This document shows positions 28,206 through 42,529 of a stretch of 64,000 nucleotides of DNA, one piece after another. Under the pieces are notes generated by a model that saw only the letters and a list, made by a program, of their open reading frames with translations, was not told the origin of the DNA and made no database searches. Source of the DNA: Eledone cirrhosa (taxonomy: Eukaryota); the NCBI GenBank assembly GCA_964016885.1, contig OZ024740.1, positions 190,402,001-190,466,000 of the forward strand. The letters are read 5' to 3'. The position numbers and the translations under genes were made by a program. Every line of letters begins with the position of its first letter. Position 1 is the stretch's first letter.

Positions 28206-28632
28206 ACCCCAACAAAAACGTTGCACCGGTGATGCGCGGGAAGTAAATTTCACACATTTTAACAATATAGCAAAAGGTCGACTTACACCCGGGCAACGCC
28301 GGGTACTTCTGCTTATATATATATATATATATATATATCAATTGCGGGCTTCAATTTGTTTAACTAGTTTGCGTTCACGTACATCTGTATATCTATATTT
28401 CTATCTCAAGAGAACTGAGACTTTTAAGACAGGCATCAATACGAAAAAGAATACAGGTCAAACTAAAGAGAGCATTCGTTTAATTTTCTAAAGAGATCAA
28501 ATAGGTCACGCACACAAAAATCACTGTATATTCCAGAGACCAATTAACATTATGCGTGGCTTGCTATAAATGTACTCGGCCATTTTTATGAAAATCAATT
28601 TTCCTTTCCCTTGATGTGGTTCTGTCCAATAC

Positions 28633-28663
<31 letters not shown>

Positions 28664-28962
28664 TGTATGTATGTATGTATGTATGTATGTATGTATGTAT
28701 GTATGTATGTATGTATGTATGCATGCATGCATGCCTGTCTGTTTATATGTATGTATGTATATATTAGTATAGTTACTAAGAAGCATAGTGTGATAAGTAA
28801 AAAAATAACTGATAGGTTTTGGAAAGCCGCTTAAATACAAAATAAATATATAAAGTGAAACGGAAGACTACTAAAACAAAACAAATTAATGATTTTCCCA
28901 TTATATTCAACATTATATTTCAGGGCTAACACCCTCTTTGAGTTGTTTTTCCACAACTGGTC

Positions 28963-28993
<31 letters not shown>

Positions 28994-29086
28994 ACAAATA
29001 TATGAATGCATCCGTATATATAAATATATATATATATATATTATATAATTTATCATCTTCACTTACAAATGATTGCGTGTATACAT

Positions 29087-29121
<35 letters not shown>

Positions 29122-30170
29122 CATACATATACATATATATACATATATATATATATATACATTATAAAGTGAGTTTTTTTTTACAAAATGAAAAATAACG
29201 AGGTGTGCTACACCAGTGAAAGTATAAGGAAAAAAAGATGAAATCGAATATATATATATATATATATATATAGGCTTGGCACTTGTTGGTATAAGACGTG
29301 GATTGTCGTCTCTCCGGATTTGAAATTTTAATATTTTAAATCGACAGTAATCGGATTTATGTATGGTTTTAATTCTTCAGAGGACAAGGAAAACATACAA
29401 AAAAGATAAGATTTTGTGCTTTGACGCAATTATTTTGAAGTATATTTTACATATATTACCGTTTTGAACATGTTTATTTTCACTGTATGATTCATTCATG
29501 GGAGACAACACACATACGTGCTTTCTATTTTTGTTTCATACAGAGCATTTTGGTTTAGCTTAAGCAATCTTGTATTAGTTTTGATATTTCTGAGTAACAT
29601 AATTTAATTTGATATAATCTTGTTTGATTTTGTATAATCTTATCTGTATTTGACCCGATTTCGTTGTTTCTTGTATGATATGCTGATATTACAATAACTC
29701 CGTATATTTGTAAACAGACATTTACATCGTGTTTCTATATCTCTGTTTCCGGTTTCTCCCATTCATTAATTTAAATTTAGATTTAAAAATTTATTTTTAT
29801 ATTTATGAACTGCAGTTGCTCACGCTCTCACGCTGTCTCTATCTCTCTCCTTCCTCTCTCTCTCTCTCTCTCTCCCCCTCTCTCTCTCTCGATCAACGAG
29901 CTCTCTCTCTCTCTCTCTTTCTCACTCTCTCTAGATCAACGAGCTCTCTCTCTCTCTCTATCTATCTTCTCTCTCTCTCCCTCTGACCCCCCCCCACTCT
30001 TCCCGCTATCTCTCTCGCTCCCCTCTTCTGTCTCCCCCTTTTCTTTTCTTTTCTTCTGTTTCTCTTTTTCTCTCGCTGGAGTTATATCTCTATCTCCCTC
30101 CCTCACTCTGTCCCTCTCTAACCTCTACTCTACACCTCCCACTGTCCCTCTTTCTCCCCTCCACAGCGAA

Positions 30171-31133
30171 ATGGACTGCATGCAGGAAAAATGGGAAAAA
30201 TGTGAAATCAGGAGTCAGCGAAACTGGTCGAAGATTGAACTAGCGGTTTTGATCAAGGGGTGGACTATGGCTGATGGGTCTCCACCAAGCAAAAAGATGG
30301 CGGAGAACCTGAAGAGCCATGGGTTTATGAGGACCCTGGTACATATAGAGAGAAAGAGAAAAGAAATTGAGAAGGCGTATGTCCTCATAGCGCCTCATAT
30401 GGCGATGCTAAGCCGTGTCCTCAGGGAGGAGAAAACCGAAGGGAGGGATGAGGAGAAGGAGAGGGAAAAGGAAGAGGAAAAGGAAAGGGAAAAAGAAAAG
30501 GAGGAGAGCACAAGCACGGACCTGAAAGAAAATGATATACCCTCCGCTACAGGCAGGGAGGGCAGGCCGGGCAACCAACAAGCTAAGGGCAAAGGTGAAA
30601 AGCGAAATCACCTTCCGAAGGAGAACCAAGCGCAGAGGGACCAGTGGACAACTGTTCAAAGAAAGAACAGAAAGCACCGAGACACTGGGAGCAAAAAACA
30701 CCAAGTAATGTGCAAGTTTTTCAAGAACGGGACATGCTGGTATGGAGAGACAGGGATGGGATGCAGATTCGCCCACCCTAGGTCTCAAACGAACTATGCC
30801 CATCATACTCGCGCAACATGCCCCAGCCAAAGCCGAAATAAGCCGCTCCAGAAGTATGCTGATGTCGCGCGTGCTGCACCAACAAGGAGAAGGCACGCAC
30901 ATGCCGACGAGATACAGATGGCAGCAGCAGATCAGAAAAATTTTTTAGTGATGGCAGAGAAGATTGTGGGACAGCTGACCTGGCTGCATCGTCTCCAGAG
31001 CCAGGGTCATCCACACCAGCACTCGAGACCACCGCAGTTAAGGGACCCAGAGTGGCCGCCGCTGACACCAGACCAGGTGTCATACCGACAGCCATTACTG
31101 GCACCCCAAAAGTCACACCAGTGCTGCTGCTGA
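30171..31133 (+). CDS. LINE ORF1, 320 aa: Myb/SANT-trihelix-like N-terminus, charged linker, CCCH zinc finger
   Basis: ATG at 30171; NWSKIELAVLIKGW...KMAENLKSHGFMRT...RKRKEIEKAY; CKFFKNGTCWYGETGMGCRFAHP. Confidence 0.8.
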   Translation: MDCMQEKWEKCEIRSQRNWSKIELAVLIKGWTMADGSPPSKKMAENLKSHGFMRTLVHIERKRKEIEKAYVLIAPHMAMLSRVLREEKTEGRDEEKEREKEEEKEREKEKEESTSTDLKENDIPSATGREGRPGNQQAKGKGEKRNHLPKENQAQRDQWTTVQRKNRKHRDTGSKKHQVMCKFFKNGTCWYGETGMGCRFAHPRSQTNYAHHTRATCPSQSRNKPLQKYADVARAAPTRRRHAHADEIQMAAADQKNFLVMAEKIVGQLTWLHRLQSQGHPHQHSRPPQLRDPEWPPLTPDQVSYRQPLLAPQKSHQCCC

Positions 31134-34093
31134 ATGTCAGGGGCCTGGTGAAACTCAGCAACATGAGTAAAATTTCCTACCTGGGAGACTTAGCCATAAG
31201 CAATCAAGCACTATGCATGGCACTAACCGAAACGCACCTGACAAGCAGTATAGCAGATGCAGAAATACATATACCGAAATATACTGTATTTCGTTCGGAC
31301 AGGAAGGAGAGAACTCATGGTGGGGTTGCTCTGTATATCCGTGAAGATGTCACACCAATTGTTCTGTTGACACATTCAAACTCAGTCTGTGACACACTGA
31401 TAATACATATGAAGCAACTACAGACGGTAATATGTGTCACATATCGGCCGCCCGATGCCCCCAGTCATGAGGGTAAATTTGAGGATAGCCTAAGTAGGAT
31501 AGAAGAGGTCCTTGACAAACTGGACCAGGGTCTCAACATCCTACTGCTGGGAGACTTCAACCTACCAAAGGTCAAATGGCCTGAGGGCCACCTCCTCCCT
31601 GGAATGACGTCAATAGAACAGAGACAGACGGAATCCCTGCTGGCCCTCACACACAGGCTGTTCATGGAGCAAGCAATACTCCTCCCAACAAGAGGCTAAA
31701 ATGTCCTGGACCTCTGTTTTACAAACAACGAAGTGCTCATCCACAATGTAAAGGTGACACCAACAATTCTCTCGGATCATAACTTGGTAGAGCTAATGAT
31801 ATGTGGTCCAAGAGAACCAACAGAGACAAAACCACCAAGAAGCTCCGGGACGCTATCCAGCCTTAACTTCTACGGGGCTGACTGGAAGAAGATTAAGAGT
31901 GAAATCCGGAAGCAAACATGGAGTGCAAACATCGCCACACAAGACACTAACACACAATTTCAACACTTCATGACAACGATACACACCATATGCAAAAAGT
32001 GTGTCCCGGAGAAAGAGGCAAACAGACACAAAAATCTTATTCCCAGAGATAGGAAAATCCTTATGAGACGTAGAACTAAACTCTCAAACCAGTTGAATAG
32101 TCAACAAAACCAAAACAAGAAGGAATCCTATTTGAAACGTGCACTACTTGACACCGAGATTGCACTCAAGCTTTCACATGAGAATGAGAGGGCAAGGAAA
32201 GAGAACAGGGCCATAGAAAACATTAAAACAAACCCTAAGGCCTTCTTTAAATTTGCAAAAGAAACTGCCTCAGTACACTGCAAGATTGGACCACTCTTCC
32301 ACACGGACGGTTCATTAACCGAAAATCCCCAAGAGATATGTGAAATACTGAACGAACAGTACAAAAGTGTCTTCACATGTCCACTGAGGCCCATGCAAAT
32401 AACGAAGCCAGAGGAGTTCTTTGATGCCACAACACTACATCAAGAAATGGCAACCATCAACCACATAGACATAACGGAGGAGGATGTGGTGTACGCCATT
32501 GATGAAATTAGAACAGACTCGGCTGCTGGACCTGATGGATTCCCAGCAGTTCTCCTAAAAATATGTAAGCGGGCCTTAGCAACTCCACTGAAGATGCTCT
32601 TCAGAAGCTCCTTGGCTAGCGGTGTACTACCCAGGGAGCTGAAAGAAGGCACAATATGCCCTATCCATAAAGGAGGTAGTAGAGCGGAGGCCAAGAACTA
32701 TAGGCCAGTCTCCCTGACGTCGCATATCAGTAAGGTCATGGAGCGAGTCGTCAGAAAGAAACTAATCACTTTCCTCGAAGAAAATGACCGCCTGACTAGC
32801 ACGCAACATGGCTTCCGCCCAGGAAGAAGCTGCCTTACACAGCTGCTACATCACTACGACTGGGTACTGAGACAGCTACTAGAGAGCTCACATGTAGACG
32901 TGATATATCTTGACTTTGCGAAGGCCTTTGACAAGGTCGACCACGGAATGATATGTCACAAACTACACGGACTCGGCATAACTGGAAAAGTAGGTGAGTG
33001 GCTGCATGGCTTCCTGAGGGACAGAAGCCAGGCAGTCGCAGCAAATGGGGCCCTCTCGAGGGAAACACCGATAACAAGTGGGGTGCCTCAGGGGACAGTC
33101 CTGGGACCACTACTGTTTTTGGTGGCTCTCTCGGACATGCCCTCTGTGGTGCATGCAACAACATCCCTCACTAGCTATGCTGATGACACTAAGGTAGCAC
33201 AGGCAATCAAAAACCCGGCTGACGCTGCCCTCTTACAGCAGGATCTGGATGCCATATACAGATGGGCGGAAGAAAACAACATGCAGTTTAATGCTGGCAA
33301 ATTCCAAGCCCTACAATACAAACCTGCAAACACAAACACAAATATAGCGGAACACAGCTACACAGGACCAGGAGGGACCGATATCCCCGTGTCAAAATCG
33401 ATACGAGACCTGGGCATAGACATGAGCGATGATGCATCTTTTTCTTCACACATCATGAAGGTGGCGACAGCATGTAGACGATTCGCTGGCTGGATCTTGA
33501 GGACTTTCCTTACAAGAGATCGAGACACCATGTTGACACTGTGGAGGACTTTTGTCCTAAGCCGCCTGGACTACTGCTCCCAGCTGTGGTCACCCCATAG
33601 TGTCAAACTAACCACAGAGCTTGAGGCAATCCAGCGAAGCTACACCAAGAGGATTGCCAAGATGAGGGAGACAAGCTACTGGGAGAGGCTGAAGGAACTG
33701 AACCTCTACTCCTTGGAGCGAAGACGGGAGAGATACGCAGTGATCTACATGTGGAAAATCCTGGAGGGACTAGCACCAAACTTTGGCATTGGGAGCTGGA
33801 CCAACCGTCGAACAGGACGTCACTGTGTGGTGCCAAAGGTCCCGTCTTCCACATCTAGAATAAGGAGCAGGTATTGCAATAGCCTGGGATTCAAGGGCCC
33901 TCAACTCTTCAACAGGCTGCCGAGGCATCTGCGAGACTTGCATGACGTGGAGGTGGATGTCTTTAAGAAACATCTCGACACCTTGTTATCCAGGATCCCG
34001 GATGAGCCCACAGCAAGACACGAGGGAAACCTAAGGGCAGCAGCAACAAACTCCCTCCTACACCAGTGGCCAACCTATACAGGCTGGAGATAA
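31052..34093 (+). pseudogene. LINE ORF2 (APE endonuclease + reverse transcriptase) with one in-frame stop at 31697-31699
   Basis: LLNVRGL, LTETHL, GGVALY, YRPP, LGDFN, PTRG*NVLDL, SDHN; NYRPVSL, QHGFR, YLDFAKAFD, GVPQGTVLGP, YADD; ORFs 31052-31699 and 31733-34093 share a frame. Confidence 0.95.
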
Positions 34094-34167
34094 AATGTGT
34101 AGCAACAAGGGCGGTGCCCCAGCATGGCCTCAGCCGGATGGCTGAAACAGGTAAAAGAGTAAAAGAG

Positions 34168-34238
<71 letters not shown>

Positions 34239-34392
34239 AAGGAAAAGCGAAGTACTTTCAGATGTTCAAGTCCTTTAATAATAATGCTGTGATATATAAG
34301 GGAACGGATGAAAAACCCAAAAGCACGAACTTCATCCGTTCCCATGTCGATTCAATTTGGATTGCCTCGGAAACAACCTTGTTATGTAACAA

Positions 34393-34466
34393 GCTGTCTG
34401 ATGATGACACGACACTCGCACACAGAACAGCGTAGCCAGTGTCGTCATTGAAATATATATCACAGC
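34393..34466 (+). ncRNA. Type I hammerhead ribozyme, intact core (family D)
   Basis: GCTGT-CTGATGA-TGACACGACACT...AGTGTCGTCATT-GAAAT-ATAT-ATC-ACAGC; perfect 5-bp helix I; predicted cut after 34461. Confidence 0.8.
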
Positions 34467-34480
34467 ATTATTATTAAAGG

Positions 34481-34663
34481 GCGGTGGATTGGCAGTATCG
34501 CTAGAGGGTCGGACGCCATGCTTTCCAGCATAGTTACGTCCCTTTACGATCTGAGTTCAAATCCCGCCGAGGTTGACTTTGCCTTTCATCCTTATCGGGT
34601 CGATAAAATAAAAGTACCAGTAATGTACTGGCTTATTGCTGGCCTTGTGCCAAAAGTAGAAAC
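34481..34663 (+). mobile_element. Full-length SINE with TSD
   Basis: ATTATTATTAAAGG on both sides; the empty site is visible in the paralogue at 58121-58140. Confidence 0.9.
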
Positions 34664-34787
34664 AATTATTATTAAAGGACTTGAACATCTGAAACTACTT
34701 AGCTTTTCCTTATTCGATATTTACTCCGTCACTCCTATGTGGAAAAAGTACGTTGAGTGCTTGAATTGAATTGCATCAATGTTTACC

Positions 34788-34862
<75 letters not shown>

Positions 34863-35160
34863 TCGATTTCATCTTTTTTTCTTTATACTTTCACTCGTGT
34901 AGGACACCACGGTTACTTTTCATTATATATACATATCAAAGGTATATATTGAGTTAGGTACAAGTCGCCCGGGTGATTGGTAGTTACCACAATTCCAGTT
35001 TGTATTTATATTCTTCATTTTTTTCTTAAATTGAGACAAGCGAACCCAATTGTCTATAGTTGGTATTCTTTTCACCTCAGCGAATCCGGCCCCTTACGAT
35101 TTGATTTGAACATATATATATATATGCCTCTGTTCGTTTTTCTTTTATATTCTATTATAG

Positions 35161-35220
<60 letters not shown>

Positions 35221-35228
<8 letters not shown>

Positions 35229-36689
35229 GATCGGGTATCGAAAAATCGGCGCACGAGTTCACGATAAACGAGATTCGACATGAGCGGCAGAGGGCTCAAT
35301 AATTCAGATGAATCAGAGCTATAACTATCGTTAAAATACCGTCGCATATAGAACAAGTCCACAATCAACCATACGATAAAAAATCGATAAAGGAAGATTC
35401 GGGACAAACAGATAAAAAATATCAATAAAACAATACGTCAATAATTTAAATGAATGTAAAATCATACCCGGACCCACTAGACAGGTGTTAAATCTAGCTT
35501 CATGGGTTTCTGTAAATCCTTAGACTGTACTCTATCAGCTCACATATAAATATAAAAGCCTACTAGAGCAAGCGGAACGGAGTTTTACTTTCTCAACGAG
35601 CTTTTTTCCTGGCGGTAGAGGAGCTAACTACCAGTGAAAAACGCACATGGCATTAGACAAGGGAGATAACCCCTATATCCGCGAAAACAATTCGAGTGAA
35701 TGTGGAAATACACATATCGAATTAGAGTGCTCAATAGACATGTTAAAATAAAACAAAAGCTATTCATCACTCAATAGAATCGACAAAAAATGAGCAATAA
35801 AATTAACTGGTGGATAGCTATGTCCAGAGCTAAATATATTAGAAAGATCGAGTATCGAAAAATCGGCGCACGAGTTCACGATAAACGAGATTCGACATGA
35901 GCGGCAGAGGGCTCAATAATTCAGATGAATCAGAGCTATAACTATCGTTAAAATACCGTCACATATAGAACAAGTCTACAATCAACCATACGATAAAAAA
36001 TCGATAAAGGAAGATTCGGGACAAACAGATAAAAAATATCAATAAAACAATACGTCAATAATTTAAATGAATGTAAAATCATACCCGGACCCACTAGACA
36101 GGTGTTAAATCTAGCTTCATGGGTTTCTGTAAATCCTTAGACTGTACTCTATCAGCTCACATATAAATATAAAAGCCTACTAGAGCAAGCGGAACGGAGT
36201 TTTACTTTCTCAACGAGCTTTTTTCCTGGCGGTAGAGGAGCTAACTACCAGTGAAAAACGCACATGGCATTAGACAAGGGAGATAACCCCTATATCCGCG
36301 AAAACAATTCGAGTGAATGTGGAAATACACATATCGAATTAGAGTGCTCAATAGACATGTTAAAATAAAACAAAAGCTATTCATCACTCAATAGAATCGA
36401 CAAAAAATGAGCAATAAAATTAACTGGTGGATAGCTATGTCCAGAGCTAAATATATTAGAAAGATCGAGTATCGAAAAATCGGCGCACGAGTTCACGATA
36501 AACGAGATTCGACATGAGCGGCAGAGGGCTCAATAATTCAGATGAATCAGAGCTATAACTATCGTTAAAATACCGTCACATATAGAACAAGTCTACAATC
36601 AACCATACGATAAAAAATCGATAAAGGAAGATTCGGGACAAACAGATAAAAAATATCAATAAAACAATACGTCAATAATTTAAATGAAT
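35221..36689 (-). repeat. ~600-nt unit superfamily (subfamily E), 2.4 near-identical tandem copies, period 617
   Basis: ATTAGAAAGATCG at 35221, 35838, 36455; no credible ORF. Confidence 0.92.
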
Positions 36690-36831
36690 CCACGAAGAAA
36701 ATACCACGGAGGCGGAGGGGGTATTCATATCGAGGCCCTAGAAGAGGTAGTGAAGAAGGCGAGAAGTATGAGTAATGGAAGCTTTCCAGTTGTCCCCACA
36801 CTTCAAAGATTGCTCGACCAGAGGGAGTTAT

Positions 36832-37551
36832 TAATATATTTAGAAACACACAGATACATGCGGACACACACATATATACATGAATGCATCCGCACCCAAC
36901 TGTGAGTTAAGGGTGCCAACTTCACCGATGTTGCTCAATGAATGACTGGGACAGACCAATTCAGTTTGAACTAGACTGAACCAGTATCAGAGTTAAAAAT
37001 ACATTATGAAGAGAGAAGAAACATTTAGATATAATTAGTAATAAAATGTATCATACCTAAACCGTTCCTAAATTCCTCGACTACGTAGTTTCGTGGCATA
37101 AACAAAAACAATATATCAAATATATAGAGTCCTTGCGAGGTCTGCCGACTTATCAAGAGGATACCTCATTTTACTAGTCTCAAGAACGCGTCTACACGAC
37201 GTGAGAAAGAATCCCAAGGTATCCTCTTGATAAGTCGGCAGACCTCGCAAGGACTCTATATCTTTGATATATTGTTTTTGTTTATGCCACGAAACTACGT
37301 AGTCGAGGAATTTAGGAACAGTTTAGGTATGATACATGTTATTACTAATTATATCTAAATGTTTCTTCTCTCTTCATAATGTATTTTTAACTCTGATACT
37401 GGTTCAGTCTAGTTCAAACTGAATTGGTCTGTCCCAGTCATTCATTGAGCAACATCGGTGAAGTTGGCACCCTTAACTCACAGTTGGGTGCGGATGCATT
37501 CATGTATATATGTGTGTGTCCGCATGTATCTGTGTGTTTCTAAATATATTA
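36832..37551. repeat. Near-perfect inverted repeat, 335-bp arms, 50-nt spacer; each arm has an HHR-like motif
   Basis: Arms 36832-37166 and 37217-37551; CCTC-TTGATAA-GTCGGCA...TGCCAC-GAAAC-TACGTA-GTC-GAGG at ~37223-37308. Confidence 0.92.
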
Positions 37552-40060
<2,509 letters not shown>

Positions 40061-40780
40061 ATGGTAGAACACTGGTGGGTTATATCTGCAGTAGTAGAGC
40101 ACTCAGTCCATGGGATGTGTTTGGTAGAAGTAGTTCCACAACATTTATTACACAATTTCCAAGAACAGTTTCTAATTGGAAAAAGGAAAACGTTGTCATA
40201 AATAGATATGCGCAGGATATATTCTCTAAGGGGTGCCAACTCACGTTTTGAATGATGGTAAAGGGGTGGGGGATGGCTTTCTGCGAAAGATGAGAATACA
40301 TTTAATTTCTCATGATACTTGGTCTAGGGGTGTTACGTCCGAGAGTCAGTTGGGGTGTGAAAATTGCGTTATAGGATTTTCAACTCGTGGGAAAACGTGA
40401 GAAGAAATCGGATCTCGTAATTAGACTAGCGATATTACGTAATCTCCTCCGGATATCGATTCTTTCTTCAATACTCATCCTACAAGACAGATTCCCATTT
40501 CTGTATGGCTTAGGTTATCCTGTCTATAAGATTAGTCTGTAATCAGTTTGAATTTTCTAAATTCAAATCTCCGCTAGAGCGTTAAATATTTAGCATTGAA
40601 ACTGAGATCTGATCATGTTTCCTGCATCACATTTTCCGAAAGTGGGATATATGCTTGATGGTTTTATGACATAATGACTTGTGTAGTAAATATGCTAAAT
40701 TTAAACTTTACATTTTCGGCAGGATGGTGTTTGAAAGAAATACGTCGTGTCACAGAATTTCTCGTACCTAAATTATTAGC
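40061..40780 (-). pseudogene. Highly degenerate PLE RT C-terminal/linker remnant
   Basis: Fragments NMIRSQF, TNLIDR/G*PK (compare L..RGYP) and [11 protein letters not shown] across frameshifts. Confidence 0.4.
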
Positions 40781-42529
40781 AGCATCAGTGGACAGACACA
40801 CTGAATTATATTATATTTTATATAAATAGATTATATATCTTCTAATACATTAACGTGTCGTAGTTCTCAGTTGTGTACTCATGTAATCATACACGCAATG
40901 ATGTATAAGTGAAGACGATACATTTCTCAACCTGAAAATGGTGCAAAACTGCGTTGTGCAACAGGATCATTAAAACATTCCGTGCAACACTAATAGTATT
41001 TCTCTATCATTTCATACAAGTTTAAGTACAAAAATGTACGTGTTAATAAACGAAAGGAGTATATTTTTGTATTTTCTGTATTTTCAGAATATAAGCGGAA
41101 ATTGAAATTATTATAGAGTGCTGGATTGGATTGTGCCTCATTATATTTCTGTGATCAATTTTATCATTAAAATACTTTTCGATTATAGGACTATACAAAG
41201 ATAATAAATCTGATAACGTAACGGTTTTATTACCAATCTCGTAATCTCCTCATTATATTCGCCATGCAATATAGCAGCTATCACGAAACAAAATACATTT
41301 CTAAAGGTATTCATATACTCTACATTTTTCTATCCTTAACAATGAGAAATATGATACGATCGAAGTTTCTTTACAACTACCTTCAATTACACGCCAGGTA
41401 ATATCTTCAATAACCGTTAATATTAAATAATACGTGTGGTTTTGTAACATCTTATTTTTTAGCAGTTATTTAATATTTGTTGCAAACCTTTGCCAGTGCC
41501 GACGAAGTGTGTTCAATTTAATTCGATCATTCTTAAAATATGTGGAAAAAACGTGCAAGTGGCTGATTATTTTACAGGAATGTGTACCCTTAACGCAGTA
41601 CTGAGAGAGAAATCCAGCGCAAGAGAGTGTGTGATGGAATGATATTTTGAGTTATCTTTACTCGTGTGTTGCGAGTTGAGTGTATGGATAACGCTAAATG
41701 TAGTGTGTTGCTTACAGACAGGCTTCTGGGATGGGAAATCATGACGTTACTAGAGTAGGCCGCAAATACCAACTATCAACAAAAGAGCCTTCTTAATAAT
41801 ACTATAATTATACTTTTGAAATTAATGTATATAGTGGTATCGAAATAATACAATGTTTAATGCATACTGAAAAATGGTCTCTAAAATATTAAACATTAGC
41901 CAGGCGTCATAATATGAGTTTGAAAATAGTTGGTGACTTAATTTACAAATAAATACATTGATGTATTATAAATATTTAAACCATAGTCAGAAAATTTGAT
42001 TTATTTAAATCCTTTTTAAATGTCATTGTTAAAGTAGCAAGGTATTACATGATTAATTATTAATTTGTGAATTTCTGGCTGACATATCCATTCGCATAGT
42101 TGGATTTATATATTAATTTAAGAACATTGGATGTGTGCATGTGACAAATCAGATAACCAACAGTATGAGCAATCAGTACTTGCATTGAGTCATTAATGGC
42201 TTTTTCTATGTCGCAGCTACCAAGTCTACTTTGCGAGTTTGGTATATGAAAGTAAGATACCGTAATGCAGAACAAGTAACCATGTGAAGACTATGGAATA
42301 TTACTACAATATAAATTATATATTCTGTCTGTAGTCGACTGTATATTGGGGGACAATTTGGTAGAAATATTGCCACAAAGTGATTTCTATTAAAGTTATA
42401 ATAATTATGAAAGATAGAAATAATAATTTCTGTTTTGAAAAAGTGTTGTGGATAAGCAAGCTCGTTAGGAAAATATCTTGTATTTAAATACAGCTCGATT
42501 CGATACTTTATAATTTGAAGCTTATAGTC

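Larger units (their letters stand above)
24797..28315 (+). mobile_element. Non-autonomous Helitron (~3.5 kb)
   Basis: 5' region ATAAAGTGAAG...(TGTT)n...CCAATTTTCATGAAACTT; three ~125-bp subterminal repeats 24935-25260; RepHel fragment; 3' hairpin CCCGGGCAACGCCGGG at ~28288-28303 then TACTTCTGCT (terminal CTAG eroded into TA run). Confidence 0.8.
29810..34170 (+). mobile_element. Near full-length CR1-group LINE
   Basis: CT-rich leader, ORF1, APE-RT ORF2, short 3' UTR with stem-loop and (GTAAAAGA)2 tail abutting (TA)n; 5' boundary uncertain. Confidence 0.92.
34234..34790 (+). mobile_element. Family D PLE-type terminal repeat fragment with short inverted 5' piece (34234-34298)
   Basis: Matches 57953-58250; flanked by (TA)n; interrupted by a SINE. 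Confidence 0.8.

Noticed and set aside
29805-30170. N-terminal 122 aa of the 442-aa ORF
   Set aside because: An S/L-rich read-through of the (CT)n leader; the credible ORF1 start is ATG 30171.
35500-35545. Minus-strand CTGATAGA...GAAAC read as a canonical hammerhead in the 617-bp unit
   Set aside because: The core has an extra base, helix I does not pair with CGGGUA, and the motif is absent from subfamily F.
41070-41225. Possible host exon after TTTTCTGTATTTTCAG
   Set aside because: No convincing open frame with a donor site and no recognisable protein; cannot be supported without RNA data.
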